A stretch of 63,433 bases of DNA, filler included, from Octopus bimaculoides (GCF_001194135.2; 6 parts of 6 records of this genome joined end to end with filler, not necessarily neighbours in it); one strand, 5' to 3'. Positions 36,310 to 49,362 are shown, counted from the first letter of the whole stretch. Numbers and translations: made by a program. The notes: generated by a model from the sequence alone, not told the origin.

Positions 36310-37250
36310 GGAGCATTTCAACGAAAGAGAAGAAAGGAATGACGCATGTTACAAAAGACAGTACCTCTTTGCCTGGTTAATATATTCAGGAAAGAGCGAA
36401 GAAAATAAAATTATGTATCTCCGTTTTCAAAAATGTAAAGGCTATGTAATGCTCTCAAAAGAGGAGTTGGACGAAGTCCAGGTTAATGTGTGTCCCATGT
36501 TCCTGGAAAACTGCAGTAACTCGTCCTTTGCAAGCATTGTAAGAGATAAGGAGCTTCTTAGTATGAACAATCTCAATGAAAAGAAGATGAAATGGGTGTG
36601 ATATGGCACAAAAAATAGTACCTCCTTGTGTGGTGAATATATCAAGGAAAGAGCGAAGAAGAATATGACATTCCTCTGTTTCTGAAAGAAAAAAAAAACG
36701 AAGGGCTTTTATATGCCCTCGAAAGTGGAACTGGAAAGAACCCTAACTGTCGTCTGCTCCATTTAACTGGAAAACAACAGCAAATTATCTTTTGCAAACG
36801 TTGTAACAAGGAGATTCTCTCAGTATGAGCCATCTCAACGAAAGAAGAAATGGATGAGCTATATCACAAAAGACAATACCGCCTTACCTGGAGAATATAC
36901 CCAAGGAAAAGCGAAGAAAGTGACATGCCTCTGTTTAAAATAACGAAAGAGGAATTGGACGTAGTTGACGTGTACTCCATGTAACTGGGAAGCAATAATA
37001 CATCCTTTGTGAATGTTGTAACAAAAACTTCGCAGTGTGAGCTATCTCAAAGAAAGGAAGACGAAATGGATGAGGTATGTCACATAAGATAGTACCTCTC
37101 TCCTAGTACCTCCCTCCTTCTCTGGTGAGTATACCAAGGAAAGAGCCTTCTTTTTACAAAAATGAGAAATTTTTCATATGCCCCCGAAAGAGAACCTTGA
37201 TAAACTCCATTCTGATGTGTATTCCATTTACATGGGGAAAGCACATGGAA
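36310..37250 (+). repeat. Diverged tandem repeat, about 4 units of 210-260 bp
   Basis: Recurrent anchors such as atctcaacgaaag near 36315, 36571, 36831 and 37044, each followed by agtacc.c...cctgg.gaatata..caaggaaagagc. Confidence 0.75.
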
Positions 37251-37549
37251 CTGTATAGAAAACCGTCGGCTGGATTGAACCTATAATTCGAAAGTTACAT
37301 CCTTGTCACACATTGTCACACTGGTTCTACCTGAGAATTACACTAAAGGTACAGTGTCTGCGGAGCGCTTAGGCATTGATTCAGGAGGAGGTAATTCAGC
37401 TGTTCAAACAATTGAATTTTCATCGCCGAACGAAGGAAATCCACCACCTGAACTTCACCCTATATATGTATGTGCGCGTGTATGTGTGTGGTGTGTGTGT
37501 CTGTGTGTACTTGTAAATAATATATATGTACGTGTAAGTTTGTACCTAT

Positions 37550-37590
<41 letters not shown>

Positions 37591-37825
37591 NNNNNNNNNN
37601 NNNNNNNNNNNNNNNNNNNNNNNNNNNNNNNNNNNNNNNNNNNNNNNNNNNNNNNNNNNNNNNNNNNNNNNNNNNNNNNNNNNNNNNNNNNNNNNNNNNN
37701 NNNNNNNNNNNNNNNNNNNNNNNNNNNNNNNNNNNNNNNNNNNNNNNNNNNNNNNNNNNNNNNNNNNNNNNNNNNNNNNNNNNNNNNNNNNNNNNNNNNN
37801 NNNNNNNNNNNNNNNNNNNNNNNNN

Positions 37826-37885
<60 letters not shown>

Positions 37886-37986
37886 GTATACACATATGTA
37901 TACACATATATGCATGTATGTAAGCATCGATGATTTTTGTAATTCCTTCTTATGAGACACCCTGTATGTATGGAATCTTGTAGGTA

Positions 37987-38021
<35 letters not shown>

Positions 38022-38114
38022 CTCCTAATATAATAACGGTAGGTCTTGACAGATATTATTATTATTATTATTATCATCATCATCATCATCATTATTATTA
38101 TTATTTCATTATAG

Positions 38115-38491
38115 AGAAAATTGCCGGTGACAATTGTACAATACAAAAGTTGGAGTACACCGTGCCATACGTTGCAGACATTCGGGGTCAACTTCTGACA
38201 TACAATTTACCAAGTAAGGGGCCGGATAGCGTATTGGAAGTTACACTAGATGGAGTCCCTACTGAAGTTAGCGAAAATTTGCCGGATCATTTTAATGTGG
38301 CCTTCCGTTGGCGAAAAGAAAACCATATACTGGTCCTTCGTAAAATTTCATTGGTTGCAGAAGATTTCTACATGGAATGGAAAGAAAATACGACAGACGT
38401 AAGGGAATTTACGTATCCACAATGCAGTTACCAAGGTTATATAGCCGGTATGGAGTCTTCCTATGCAGCCATTACGGCTTGTGATGGCTTG
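38115..38491 (+). CDS. ADAMTS-like metalloprotease, prodomain exon (KIAGDNCTIQKLEYTVPYVADIRGQLLTYNL...CSYQGYIAGMESSYAAITACDGL)
   Basis: ttcattatag|AG AAA (or an alternative AG 2 nt later) ...GGC TTG|gtaagt. The C.YQG...S.AA...CDGL motif is typical of the M12B propeptide. Front of ORF 38150-39208. Confidence 0.88.
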
Positions 38492-38627
38492 GTAAGTCGA
38501 TCAATTGTTTTACTGCTAAGTGTGTGTGTGTGTGTGTCTGTCTGTCTGTCTGTCTGTGTGGAAGGATTTAGATTGATGGATGCATACATGTGTTGGTGGA
38601 TAGATGGATATGTTGAAAAGCCCGTCG

Positions 38628-38711
<84 letters not shown>

Positions 38712-39170
38712 NNNNNNNNNNNNNNNNNNNNNNNNNNNNNNNNNNNNNNNNNNNNNNNNNNNNNNNNNNNNNNNNNNNNNNNNNNNNNNNNNNNNNNNNN
38801 NNNNNNNNNNNNNNNNNNNNNNNNNNNNNNNNNNNNNNNNNNNNNNNNNNNNNNNNNNNNNNNNNNNNNNNNNNNNNNNNNNNNNNNNNNNNNNNNNNNN
38901 NNNNNNNNNNNNNNNNNNNNNNNNNNNNNNNNNNNNNNNNNNNNNNNNNNNNNNNNNNNNNNNNNNNNNNNNNNNNNNNNNNNNNNNNNNNNNNNNNNNN
39001 NNNNNNNNNNNNNNNNNNNNNNNNNNNNNNNNNNNNNNNNNNNNNNNNNNNNNNNNNNNNNNNNNNNNNNNNNNNNNNNNNNNNNNNNNNNNNNNNNNNN
39101 NNNNNNNNNNNNNNNNNNNNNNNNNNNNNNNNNNNNNNNNNNNNNNNNNNNNNNNGTGCGTGCGTGCGTA

Positions 39171-39207
<37 letters not shown>

Positions 39208-39572
39208 AGGGATACAAGTATAGTACTGTGGGTTAGTGCGGAGATGTATTTCAATGGTTAGAAGGTTCGATCCCACAGCGTGGTAGCTTGAACAGTGGTC
39301 ATTTTCCAAAACCTCAGGCCGTCCTATGCCTTGTGAGTGAAACTGGGTAGACAGAAATTGTATAGAAGTCTATCGAATGGATTGAACTCGTAGTTCGAAA
39401 ATACGGACTTGCTACACACTGTGCCACGTTGATCCTACCTAAGAATTGCATTAAGGTGACCCTCACGTGCTAATTTAATGAGCAGTGTAATTCAGTTTAT
39501 CGAACAATCAAATCTCATCGTCGAAACCGATGGAGAACCTCGCGATACATCTGTAAATATATATATGTGTGT

Positions 39573-39609
<37 letters not shown>

Positions 39610-40249
39610 CATACTTATCTAGTTATGTACACATATATATACACATACATGTGTGTGTATTCATATATATGCACGTACATACATATATACATATATACAT
39701 ACATTTACATACGTACAAAAATATATGTATATCCAAATGTGTGTATGTCTATGCATATTTGTATGTATATGTGTGGGGGATGGGGAGTGTATGTTTGCAT
39801 ATATACATTCGTATGCGCATGACTGCACAAGCGTGTTTTTTCATGTGATAAATAACAGCAGCTAATTCATACAGTAATAAAACATATCATTAAAAATTAT
39901 ACTGAAATATTTTATGTCAAAAATATTTTTTTCAAATGAGATGATATATATATATATATGCAACAAGCAGCCAAGTGTAAAAATTGCGTATTACAAGGGA
40001 TATTTATTAATTCTACCAAATGTTAAAAGACAGATATAACTTTAAAAAGGGTAAGTGATAGGCGTTATTTTCTAGAAATAAAAAGAAGAGACAGAAAATA
40101 TCTGCTCGAAACTACAAGGTTATAAGGCTAGGATTTATCTGCATTTTCAAAGCTTAGAACAAACTGGTTTCTACTCTATGTCTATGTATCAGATGTGCTT
40201 GGGGTCACGGTGTCATATCTGAATAATCGTAACTCTGTCCCTATATATA

Positions 40250-40416
40250 GGCGTAGACGTGGCTGTGTGGTTAAGAGGTTCGTTTTGCAACCATGTGGTT
40301 TCGTATTCGTTCCCACTGCTTGGCACCTTGGGCAAAAAAGTGTCTTCTACTATCGCCCCGGGTCGACCAATGCCTTATGAGTAGATTTGGTAGATGGAAA
40401 CTGTGGAAATCCGTCG

Positions 40417-40460
<44 letters not shown>

Positions 40461-40655
40461 TTGTTGACACTCCACACCAATGTTGGTTTCTTTACGTCCC
40501 CGTAGCTTAGTGCTCAGAGTTCAAATTCTGCCGACGTCAACTTTGCCCATTTAATAAATTACTAGTTGAGTACTAGGATGGGGTGGGGTCGATGTAATCG
40601 ACTTCCCTAGACCCTCATAACCGCTAGCCTTGTACTAAAATTTGAAGCCGTTATT
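40250..40655 (+). mobile_element. tRNA-SINE 5' part joined to a second SINE family body
   Basis: ggcgtagacgtggctgtgtggttaag... followed by gagttcaaattctgccgacgtcaactttgcc... Confidence 0.75.
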
Positions 40656-41583
40656 CATCCATACAACTTTGGTTCTCTGGAATTCACTCCTTGTGTATGT
40701 CTTTCTTGCAATTACGAACATGTACCAACTTTAGAGGAACATTAGCGACATCGGACTTACCTGTTTTTGAGAACCTACAAAGTTCTTGGACACTGCCCCT
40801 TCCTCCAAACCTATCATCCAGACAATATTACCCTGTATAAAAATGTTGTTTTTTTTTGGTGAGTAATTAATATTTCCTATTTACCTCTATCTATAAATCA
40901 AAGGAAGTGACTACTATACCCTTCAAACTTTGTTTTTGTGACCTAGACATCAATCATTTGAAACTAGCCTATTTTCCATTACATTTAAGACAGATTCAGC
41001 GCTGAGTTGCTGAAGCAGAAATATCGTTATAGCGAATATTCTGCTTAATGCCAGATTTGTTTGTCAGTTGCTTGACCTTAACCACTTGAGCCAGTCCTTT
41101 AGAAGCTGACACTATGCGCATCTAAGACCATGAGTAAGATGAGCAAGGATAGTGGGGGAGCATCATAGCCATATAGTGAGAAGGATTCTTAACAAAAGCA
41201 AAGTTTGAAGGAAATATTTTCATACTTCCCAGGGGTCAGCAAATAGGAAATAATAGTTGCTACCCAAGGACAAAAATCGTGTTACACAGGGTTACATTTG
41301 TTTCTTCTTTTTGTTTTTCTATTTTTTTATGGCAAACTTTCTTTCTCTTCTCCATCTCTGCCGCTGATGTTAATGATTCTATGACAGCCAATCGTTGCAT
41401 TTTAACCAAAAAACACTCTTCTTACGGATCAAATACGAATTAACGATAGCTACTTAAAGACAAAAAATCGTGTTACACAGTGTTATCTAAGACAAGTGTC
41501 TTTGTTCAAGCGCTTAAGTTTTAAGCGCTTTTATCTTTGTTTTCGCTATGCATTTATGAATGCTCTCCCTTTGCTCTTGACAG

Positions 41584-41755
41584 AAAGGATTCATGAGGAC
41601 CAACGATGAGGATGTTTACATTGAACCAGTCAACAGCGAATCGCATGTTGGAAAGAAGGGACGGCCACATTTTATCTACTCATGTAAGGAATCGCACCAT
41701 CAGAAGAAGGCTGTGGATATCAATGATGAAGGCATTCAAAATACACATATCAAAA
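41584..41755 (+). CDS. ADAMTS-like exon (KGFMRTNDEDVYIEPVNSESHVGKKGRPHFIYSCKESHHQKKAVDINDEGIQNTHIK), 172 nt, phase 0/1
   Basis: gctcttgacag|AAA GGA...AAA A|gtaaga. The G.....E.YIEP...PH.IY motif follows CDGL in M12B propeptides. Confidence 0.88.
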
Positions 41756-42218
41756 GTAAGACATCGTTGCTAAATTGTTTTTGTGTTACCCAACATTTTT
41801 CTACGCCCACTTCTGTATTACATAACTGTGATAAACTGTAATACTTGATTTGTATGCTTTGGCTGATCCTCTCAAGGCGCATGGCTCAATGGTTAGAGCG
41901 TTGGGCTCACAATCGTGAGGTAGTGAGTTGGATTCCCGGACCGGGATGCATGTTGTTTTCTTGAATAAGACACTTTATTTCACGTTGCTCCAGTTCACTC
42001 AGGTGAGTTTACGTCTCCGTAACATAGCGGTTCGGCAAAAGAGAGCGATAGAATAAATACCAGGCTTTAAAAATAATATATATATATAATATATATATAT
42101 TTTACCTGTTTCAGTCATCAGACTGCGGCCATGCTGGGGCACTGCCTTGAATTTTTAGTCGACTGAATCGAGCCCAGTACTTATTTTTAAAGCCTGGTAT
42201 TTATTCTATCGTTCTCTT

Positions 42219-42251
<33 letters not shown>

Positions 42252-43456
42252 NNNNNNNNNNNNNNNNNNNNNNNNNNNNNNNNNNNNNNNNNNNNNNNNN
42301 NNNNNNNNNNNNNNNNNNNNNNNNNNNNNNNNNNNNNNNNNNNNNNNNNNNNNNNNNNNNNNNNNNNNNNNNNNNNNNNNNNNNNNNNNNNNNNNNNNNN
42401 NNNNNNNNNNNNNNNNNNNNNNNNNNNNNNNNNNNNNNNNNNNNNNNNNNNNNNNNNNNNNNNNNNNNNNNNNNNNNNNNNNNNNNNNNNNNNNNNNNNN
42501 NNNNNNNNNNNNNNNNNNNNNNNNNNNNNNNNNNNNNNNNNNNNNNNNNNNNNNNNNNNNNNNNNNNNNNNNNNNNNNNNNNNNNNNNNNNNNNNNNNNN
42601 NNNNNNNNNNNNNNNNNNNNNNNNNNNNNNNNNNNNNNNNNNNNNNNNNNNNNNNNNNNNNNNNNNNNNNNNNNNNNNNNNNNNNNNNNNNNNNNNNNNN
42701 NNNNNNNNNNNNNNNNNNNNNNNNNNNNNNNNNNNNNNNNNNNNNNNNNNNNNNNNNNNNNNNNNNNNNNNNNNNNNNNNNNNNNNNNNNNNNNNNNNNN
42801 NNNNNNNNNNNNNNNNNNNNNNNNNNNNNNNNNNNNNNNNNNNNNNNNNNNNNNNNNNNNNNNNNNNNNNNNNNNNNNNNNNNNNNNNNNNNNNNNNNNN
42901 NNNNNNNNNNNNNNNNNNNNNNNNNNNNNNNNNNNNNNNNNNNNNNNNNNNNNNNNNAAACTATACTATCAATACAAGTTCTCACAATTAATAATATTTA
43001 TATTATTGATATTATAAAGAAATAAATAGATTTACTTACTGATAAATATATAAACGAAAAATAGGTATACGGCCATAACGGTTTCCTTGTTTCAAACATG
43101 CTAACACGCATACGCTCACATAAATAAACGAACGCTACTATTTTAATTTGTTGATGAACGTTCAATCTATTAGAATGTAAAAACAAATGTGTCAATTTTG
43201 ACCTGAAGAAATATCTACCTTCGTTATTTCAAAATGCAGTTTTTAATTGTAATTTGAATGACGATAGATATGGAAACAATTGTAGGCATATATAACTGAC
43301 AAAATGTATATAAATTGGTTATTCTCTGTTCAAACTTTCCATTTAACTATATCCACATATATCGATGAGAAGTAAACATCCATACGAAATACTGGAACTC
43401 CAAAATGTGCATAATACTGGTGCCTAATAGATAATAAATACTAATACTACCATATT

Positions 43457-43675
43457 AGCTAATCTTCAGGTCAAAATACAACAATAATAATAATAAAAGA
43501 ATGTATATATCAACCAACAATAAATAACAAATGAATTTATATAAAATACTTATTATATTAAGATAGAAAAATATTATTAAAAATATCAAAATTATAAACA
43601 TTCCATTATAATATAAGCTAACAGGATATATTATTTTGTTATTATTATTGTTGTATTTTGACCTGAAGATTAGCT
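43457..43675. repeat. AT-rich element with 37-bp perfect terminal inverted repeats (MITE/foldback-like)
   Basis: agctaatcttcaggtcaaaatacaacaataataataa at 43457-43493, with its reverse complement at 43639-43675. Confidence 0.8.
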
Positions 43676-44027
43676 GTATTTTTGAATAGAATTGATTTTC
43701 GATAGTTTTCATCGATTTTAATCGATTTAAATTTTCTTTCTCTTTGAAAATTGGTTATGAAACACGTGTAATCGTTTTATTATCTTTATCTTATGATATT
43801 TATTTTGTATTATATTATACTTATTTACTGTGCTTTTACTTATTAATTTTTCTATATGTGACAGTGGATTTTCATCGATGAGTTCATGAACCTTGGTTCT
43901 TTTCCCTAAAATTATATATATATATTTTATACTGTGAAACTTAATTTAATTTTAATTTTTAATAAATTGAATTTAATTGAGTTTTGACCTGTAAATTTAG
44001 ATTTTTATCTCTAATATTATTATTATA

Positions 44028-44059
<32 letters not shown>

Positions 44060-44326
44060 CTCACACAGTTATGCATACACATATACATATATATATATAC
44101 ACATTCATATACACACATATTTACATATATACTTATATACTTATACATACAAATATATATATGTATGTGTGTATGTGTGTATGTGTGTGTGTGTGTATAA
44201 TATTGTATGTGTGTACTTTCATGTGTCTGCCTCCCTCAAAAGAATATAATTGTTCCCTTTCCTTTCCTTTTATTTCTTCATATTATATTTCCGTATTTTA
44301 TTCTATTTTGTTTGAACCCCATACAG

Positions 44327-44502
44327 GAAGTAGGCACTATAAGATGAAAACCCAGAGACAGCACCATCTACGGCAACATCGTGTACGAAGGGACATACCC
44401 GTTAACTTTTATCTCGAAGTTTTGTTGGCTACCGACAACACTTTGGTAAAGTTCCACGGTAAGAGCCACCTGGAGCAGTACTTATTGGGAATTATAAACA
44501 TC
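44327..44502 (+). CDS. ADAMTS2/3/14-like exon: furin site RVRR and start of catalytic domain (SRHYKMKTQRQHHLRQHRVRRDIPVNFYLEVLLATDNTLVKFHGKSHLEQYLLGIINI), 176 nt, phase 1/0
   Basis: ccccatacag|GA AGT...AAC ATC|gtaagt. EVLL..D..LV.FHGK.H...YLL...NI resembles ADAMTS2/3/14 ([29 protein letters not shown]). Confidence 0.9.
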
Positions 44503-45399
44503 GTAAGTTTTCATTGAATACTACTGATGCTATTAACGTTGTTACCTTTATTGTTGTTGCTGTTTTTGTTATTCATGATTGTAGTCCGTTATTATCGTAG
44601 TCATTATCATCAGTATCATCACCACCGTTGTCATCATCGTTCACTTAGTTGCAGATTAAATGTCCAATGGTGTTTAGATCATAGTCATTTCACGTTGGCA
44701 ACTGAAATCCAGAGATTTAGATGAATATCCGCTCCCTTCCCATCGTCATCTATCCGGTCGGAGATCGTGATTGATCAATTGAGTTTCTTTTGTTATACCT
44801 TTTCAATGTCTGTCTCTGAAGAATACCTTGTATGTGGGAGGTTTTGCCAGGCTTCGCCAACAAGAATAGAATGAAGCGCGAATTATGAGGGATGGTTCCT
44901 CAAAGAATGGAAGCAGTATTGCAGACATGGCTTTGAAGAATCATATCCCTACAACTCACGACCATTTGTACGTTTATGTAGATAAGAGACGAAAAACTAA
45001 GAATATAATATGAAAAAAAAAACAATAAAAACATTTGTGGCGGACGCCCCCAGGTGAGAAGTGGGCTGGTTCACTCCTAATAAATAGTGGGCTGACACAG
45101 TCAGTAATGTCAGTCCACGAGGTATTTTTGTTGGTTTTAGATAATTTTTGATTGCAGTTGACGTGAGTCGTGTTATACTTTGTTGTATCTTTGTTGAAGG
45201 TTCTCCCCGCTCGGGTGAACCATGTTTTGTTGAATTTGTTAAATACTGTTGCTGTTTTTGCCTGCGGGCCTGTTAAATTTTGTGTTTATCTTCTTCCCCA
45301 TTTTGGGGCGAAGTAACGGAAAGAAAGAAAAAAAAATGGAGTGTGAACCAGTTCCAGCGCATGTCGGAAGTTATGCTATAATTTTACGAGATTATCTAT

Positions 45400-46040
45400 A
45401 GTTGTACATCGAGGTTCTGGTTGTATCAGGAAGATTTCATGGTTTTGTCTATGTGTGATAAAGTTCTCAGAATGTTTATTGAGAGTAGCGGTCTCAGCAA
45501 AATGTTTTTATATATTTTCCACTGTAGAAAGGTTGTATAGTTTGTAACGTTTTGAATAAGGACATGCTTTTCATAATACGTATTATTTCAGGTGCAGTTC
45601 TATATTCCTAAGTCCCAGATGTAGCTTCATTAAGTGTTGTCATATTTTCCAAGGGGTAGAGTTCTAAAAGTGTACTTATGTAGATCATATCATGACTTAA
45701 AAGAATTTGAAGCCTTGTATGCGCTTCAGGTAATTCGCTACTTTATCCTGAAGATTGGTAAACTATATTTTTAATAGGTAGTAGAAGTTAAGTAAACATG
45801 TATTCGGATTACTGAAATTGCAATCGTTATTAGGAGCATGGGTGTTAGGTAAGTTCAAAGTTTAAGGATGTCAGGATTTGAGCAAAATTTAAAGTAATGG
45901 AGTAAGAGAGCTGAATAGTTTTTCTATTGATTAGGTAATTGCTGTGTTGTGGCGTAAAGAGTTTCCTTATTGATTTGAAGTCAATTTTTGCTACTGGGAT
46001 GGTAACTGCCACTTTAAATAGAGGATTGAATCAACTAATA
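45400..46040 (-). mobile_element. Penelope-like element remnant (RT-distal linker plus GIY-YIG region)
   Basis: Minus-strand fragments NPLFKVAVTIPVAKIDFKSIRKLFTPQHSNYLINRKTIQLSYSITLNFAQILTSLN, CNFSNPNTC, YIWDL and LNKHSENFITHRQNHEIFL parallel the PLE motifs FNPPF...NRNTIKLSYS...N, CNC..P..CP and LNKRSEL...CRH..KFLL. Confidence 0.75.
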
Positions 46041-46344
46041 GTTGAATAACACATGTCCATTTTCAAGGTATAATCCTCCTTTATTAGACGAAATTTAGAT
46101 TTTACTTCCACGATATGAATACTCTGACAAAATCGCTGCTTTCTATGATATACATACAGCACAAACTCCTATCGAAGGGGATGCTGATCTGATTTTAAAC
46201 CAGATTGAATTATCATAGTTTGCTGGAGATTTATGTGCGTGTTTAATTAACTCATATTATTTGTCAGGGATATTAGTAACCGATATTAGTTATCGATTAG
46301 ACGAACGATTAGGATATTAGTAATTGATTATTAGTAATCGATTA

Positions 46345-46495
46345 GTTTCCGTCTACCAAATCCACTCACAAGGCTTTGGTCGGCCCGAGGCTATAGTAGA
46401 AGACACATGCCCAAGGTGCCATGCAGTGGGACTGAACCCAGGACCTTGTGGTTGGTAAGCAAGCTACTTACCACACAGCCACTCCTGCGCCTATG
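46345..46495 (-). mobile_element. tRNA-SINE 5' half
   Basis: tttccgtctaccaaatccactcacaaggc...accacacagccactcctgcgcc. Confidence 0.88.
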
Positions 46496-47149
46496 TTAAA
46501 TTGTTTAATATATAACTTCACATAAAGACATGCATTAATATGTAAGTGAGTGAAATAAAAGGAGAGTGAAGGGATAAGTGATGTGTAAAAGTGATACAGA
46601 AAGAAGTATAAAGAATAGTTTTAAAACTCTGTCTCCTTAACATGTTTGAGCAAGNNNNNNNNNNNNNNNNNNNNNNNNNNNNNNNNNNNNNNNNNNNNNN
46701 NNNNNNNNNNNNNNNNNNNNNNNNNNNNNNNNNNNNNNNNNNNNNNNNNNNNNNNNNNNNNNNNNNNNNNNNNNNNNNNNNNNNNNNNNNNNNNNNNNNN
46801 NNNNNNNNNNNNNNNNNNNNNNNNNNNNNNNNNNNNNNNNNNNNNNNNNNNNNNNNNNNNNNNNNNNNNNNNNNNNNNNNNNNNNNNNNNNNNNNNNNNN
46901 NNNNNNNNNNNNNNNNNNNNNNNNNNNNNNNNNNNNNNNNNNNNNNNNNNNNNNNNNNNNNNNNNNNNNNNNNNNNNNNNNNNNNNNNNNNNNNNNNNNN
47001 NNNNNNNNNNNNNNNNNNNNNNNNNNNNNNNNNNNNNNNNNNNNNNNNNNNNNNNNNNNNNNNNNNNNNNNNNNNNNNNNNNNNNNNNNNNNNNNNNNNN
47101 NNNNNNNNNNNNNNNNNNNNNNNNNNNNNNNNNNNNNNNNNTCTCACTG

Positions 47150-47168
47150 TTATTGCAGTATTGGTGGT

Positions 47169-47201
<33 letters not shown>

Positions 47202-47321
47202 GTCGTTGTTGTTGTTCTTCTTCTTCTTCTTCTTTTTCTTCTTCTACTACTACTTCTTCTTTTTCTCCTCCTCCTCCTCCTCCTCCTTCTTCTCCTTCTC
47301 CTTCTTCGCCTTCTTCCTCTT

Positions 47322-47353
<32 letters not shown>

Positions 47354-48540
47354 TATTATTATTATTATTATCATTATTATTATTATTATTATATGTAGTT
47401 TTATTTTTATTGCCTGCTTTTATTGCACTACCAAGCGCTGCTCTGTGGACCTTGGGAAAGGGCTGTTTTTGGTTGTCATCGTAATTATTATTATTATTAT
47501 TATTATTATTGTCATTGTTATTAATATCATTATTATTATCATCATTAGTAGTAGTAGTAGTAGTAGTAGTAACGTCGTTGCTATTGCTTTGTTTCGTGCG
47601 AGCTGTTCCAAGTCTCACCCAGAGACCTCAACTAACAGCAAGTTAGATGTTTTGCTCTGGCTGTCCCCCTCATCCTTCGCCCTTGTGGCAAATAAATAAA
47701 ATCATTATTATTATTATTATCATCATTATTGTTATTATTTACTACTACTACAAATACTACCACCACTACTACTACTACCGTTGTTGTTTCTATTCCTACA
47801 ACTATTTCTGCTTTGGACCCACTACTATAGCACTCAAAGCATAAATATTATTAAAACTCCCACCCCTACCACCCCTACTACCCCCACCACCACTACCACC
47901 CCACCAACACTACCACCCCACCAACACTACCACCCCCACTACTACTACTACTACTACTACTACTAATACTACAACAACAACCATTACCACTACTACTGCG
48001 CTACTGCTGCTGCTGCAGCCACTTCTAGTACCACTGCCATTAATTCTGTGATAACTGCTGCTGCTATGACGATTACTACTACTACTACTACTGCATATCA
48101 AAAGATATGATTAAATTACTATAATTAAAGTGTCCTGAAATCTTGTCACCATATGTGAAAGAGGCAACCTTCAGCAGCCACTGACACCAGCGCCACCACC
48201 ACAACCAACAACAACAACAACAACAGCGACAACATCACTGTCACCGCCACCGCCACTATTACTACTGATGATGATGTTGATGATGATGATGATGCTGTCA
48301 CTACCGTCACCAACACAATTCTACTACTACCCTCACTACCACTAGAACCACAACCGCCACCATATTCATCTGCCCCACCACAGCCACCACCACTACTACA
48401 ATTACTATCACTATTGTTGTTGTAAGACCACAAGCAATACCAACGCCACCAGCACCAGCACCATCACCCCTACTCCTCCTCCTCTTCCTACTACTACTAC
48501 TACTACTACAACCACCACCACATCCACCACAACCAGTACG
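47150..48540. repeat. Compound trinucleotide microsatellite field (TCG/TTG/TTC/TCC/TCA/TTA/ACT/ACC)
   Basis: Direct reading. The homopolymeric ORFs here are artefacts. Confidence 0.95.
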
Positions 48541-48743
48541 ACAGCGTGTCGAAAAGTTCCTGGCACCAAGAGTATAGAGTTAAGCTCCAATTTCCCGAGT
48601 TCTTTTACAGGGCTTAGAAAAACTGAAGGACTGCTGCAATAAGTGTGTGAATGTGAGAGGGGATAAAATTATAATTAACTGATCCTCTTGTATTTTCTGT
48701 TACCCAAACCAAGAACTTTTTAGCACCTCCTTGGATATATATA

Positions 48744-48843
48744 NNNNNNNNNNNNNNNNNNNNNNNNNNNNNNNNNNNNNNNNNNNNTTAATTAATTAAN
48801 NNNNNNNNNNNNNNNNNNNNNNNNNNNNNNNNNNNNNNNNNNN
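48744..48843. other. Artificial scaffold-join spacer
   Basis: 44N-TTAATTAATTAA-44N. Confidence 0.95.
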
Positions 48844-49321
48844 CCTTCCTAACGCCAACCACTCAGAGAGTGTAGTGGGTGCTTTTACGTGTCACCCGCA
48901 CGAAAACGGCCACGCTCGAAATGGTGTCTTTTATGTGCCACCCGCACAAGCCAGTCCAGGGGCACTGGCAACGATCTCGCTCGAAAATCCTACAGGAGCC
49001 AGTCAGGCGGTACTGGCAACGGCCACGCTCAAAATGGTGCATCTCATGTGCCACCCGCACAAGAACCAGTCCAGGGGCACTGGCAACGATCTTACTTGGC
49101 TTGCCGGGTCTTCTCACGCACAGCCCATTTCCAAAGGTCTCGGTCCGTAGTCATCGCCTTGTGTGTGAGCTTGAGTATGTAGCTGTGTAAACATATATAT
49201 ATTTATATACATACATGCTTATATACACGTGTACATACATATGTATGCATATCTGTATAATTATTTCCATATACATACGTACATATATAAATATATTTGT
49301 CTCCATGCATGTATATGTGTG

Positions 49322-49362
<41 letters not shown>

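Noticed and set aside
37303-37460. Non-repetitive start of ORF 37303 as the ADAMTS first exon
   Set aside because: No signal peptide and no donor site before the microsatellite.
41258-41486. Imperfect direct repeat of about 36 bp, about 190 bp apart (gctac...acaaaaatcgtgttacacag.gtta)
   Set aside because: Only two copies, with no LTR or TSD features.
41877-41960. tRNA-like sequence gcgcatggctcaatggttagagcg...ggattccc (similar at 49538-49610 and 53818-53885)
   Set aside because: These are SINE heads running into SINE bodies; no complete cloverleaf or acceptor stem.
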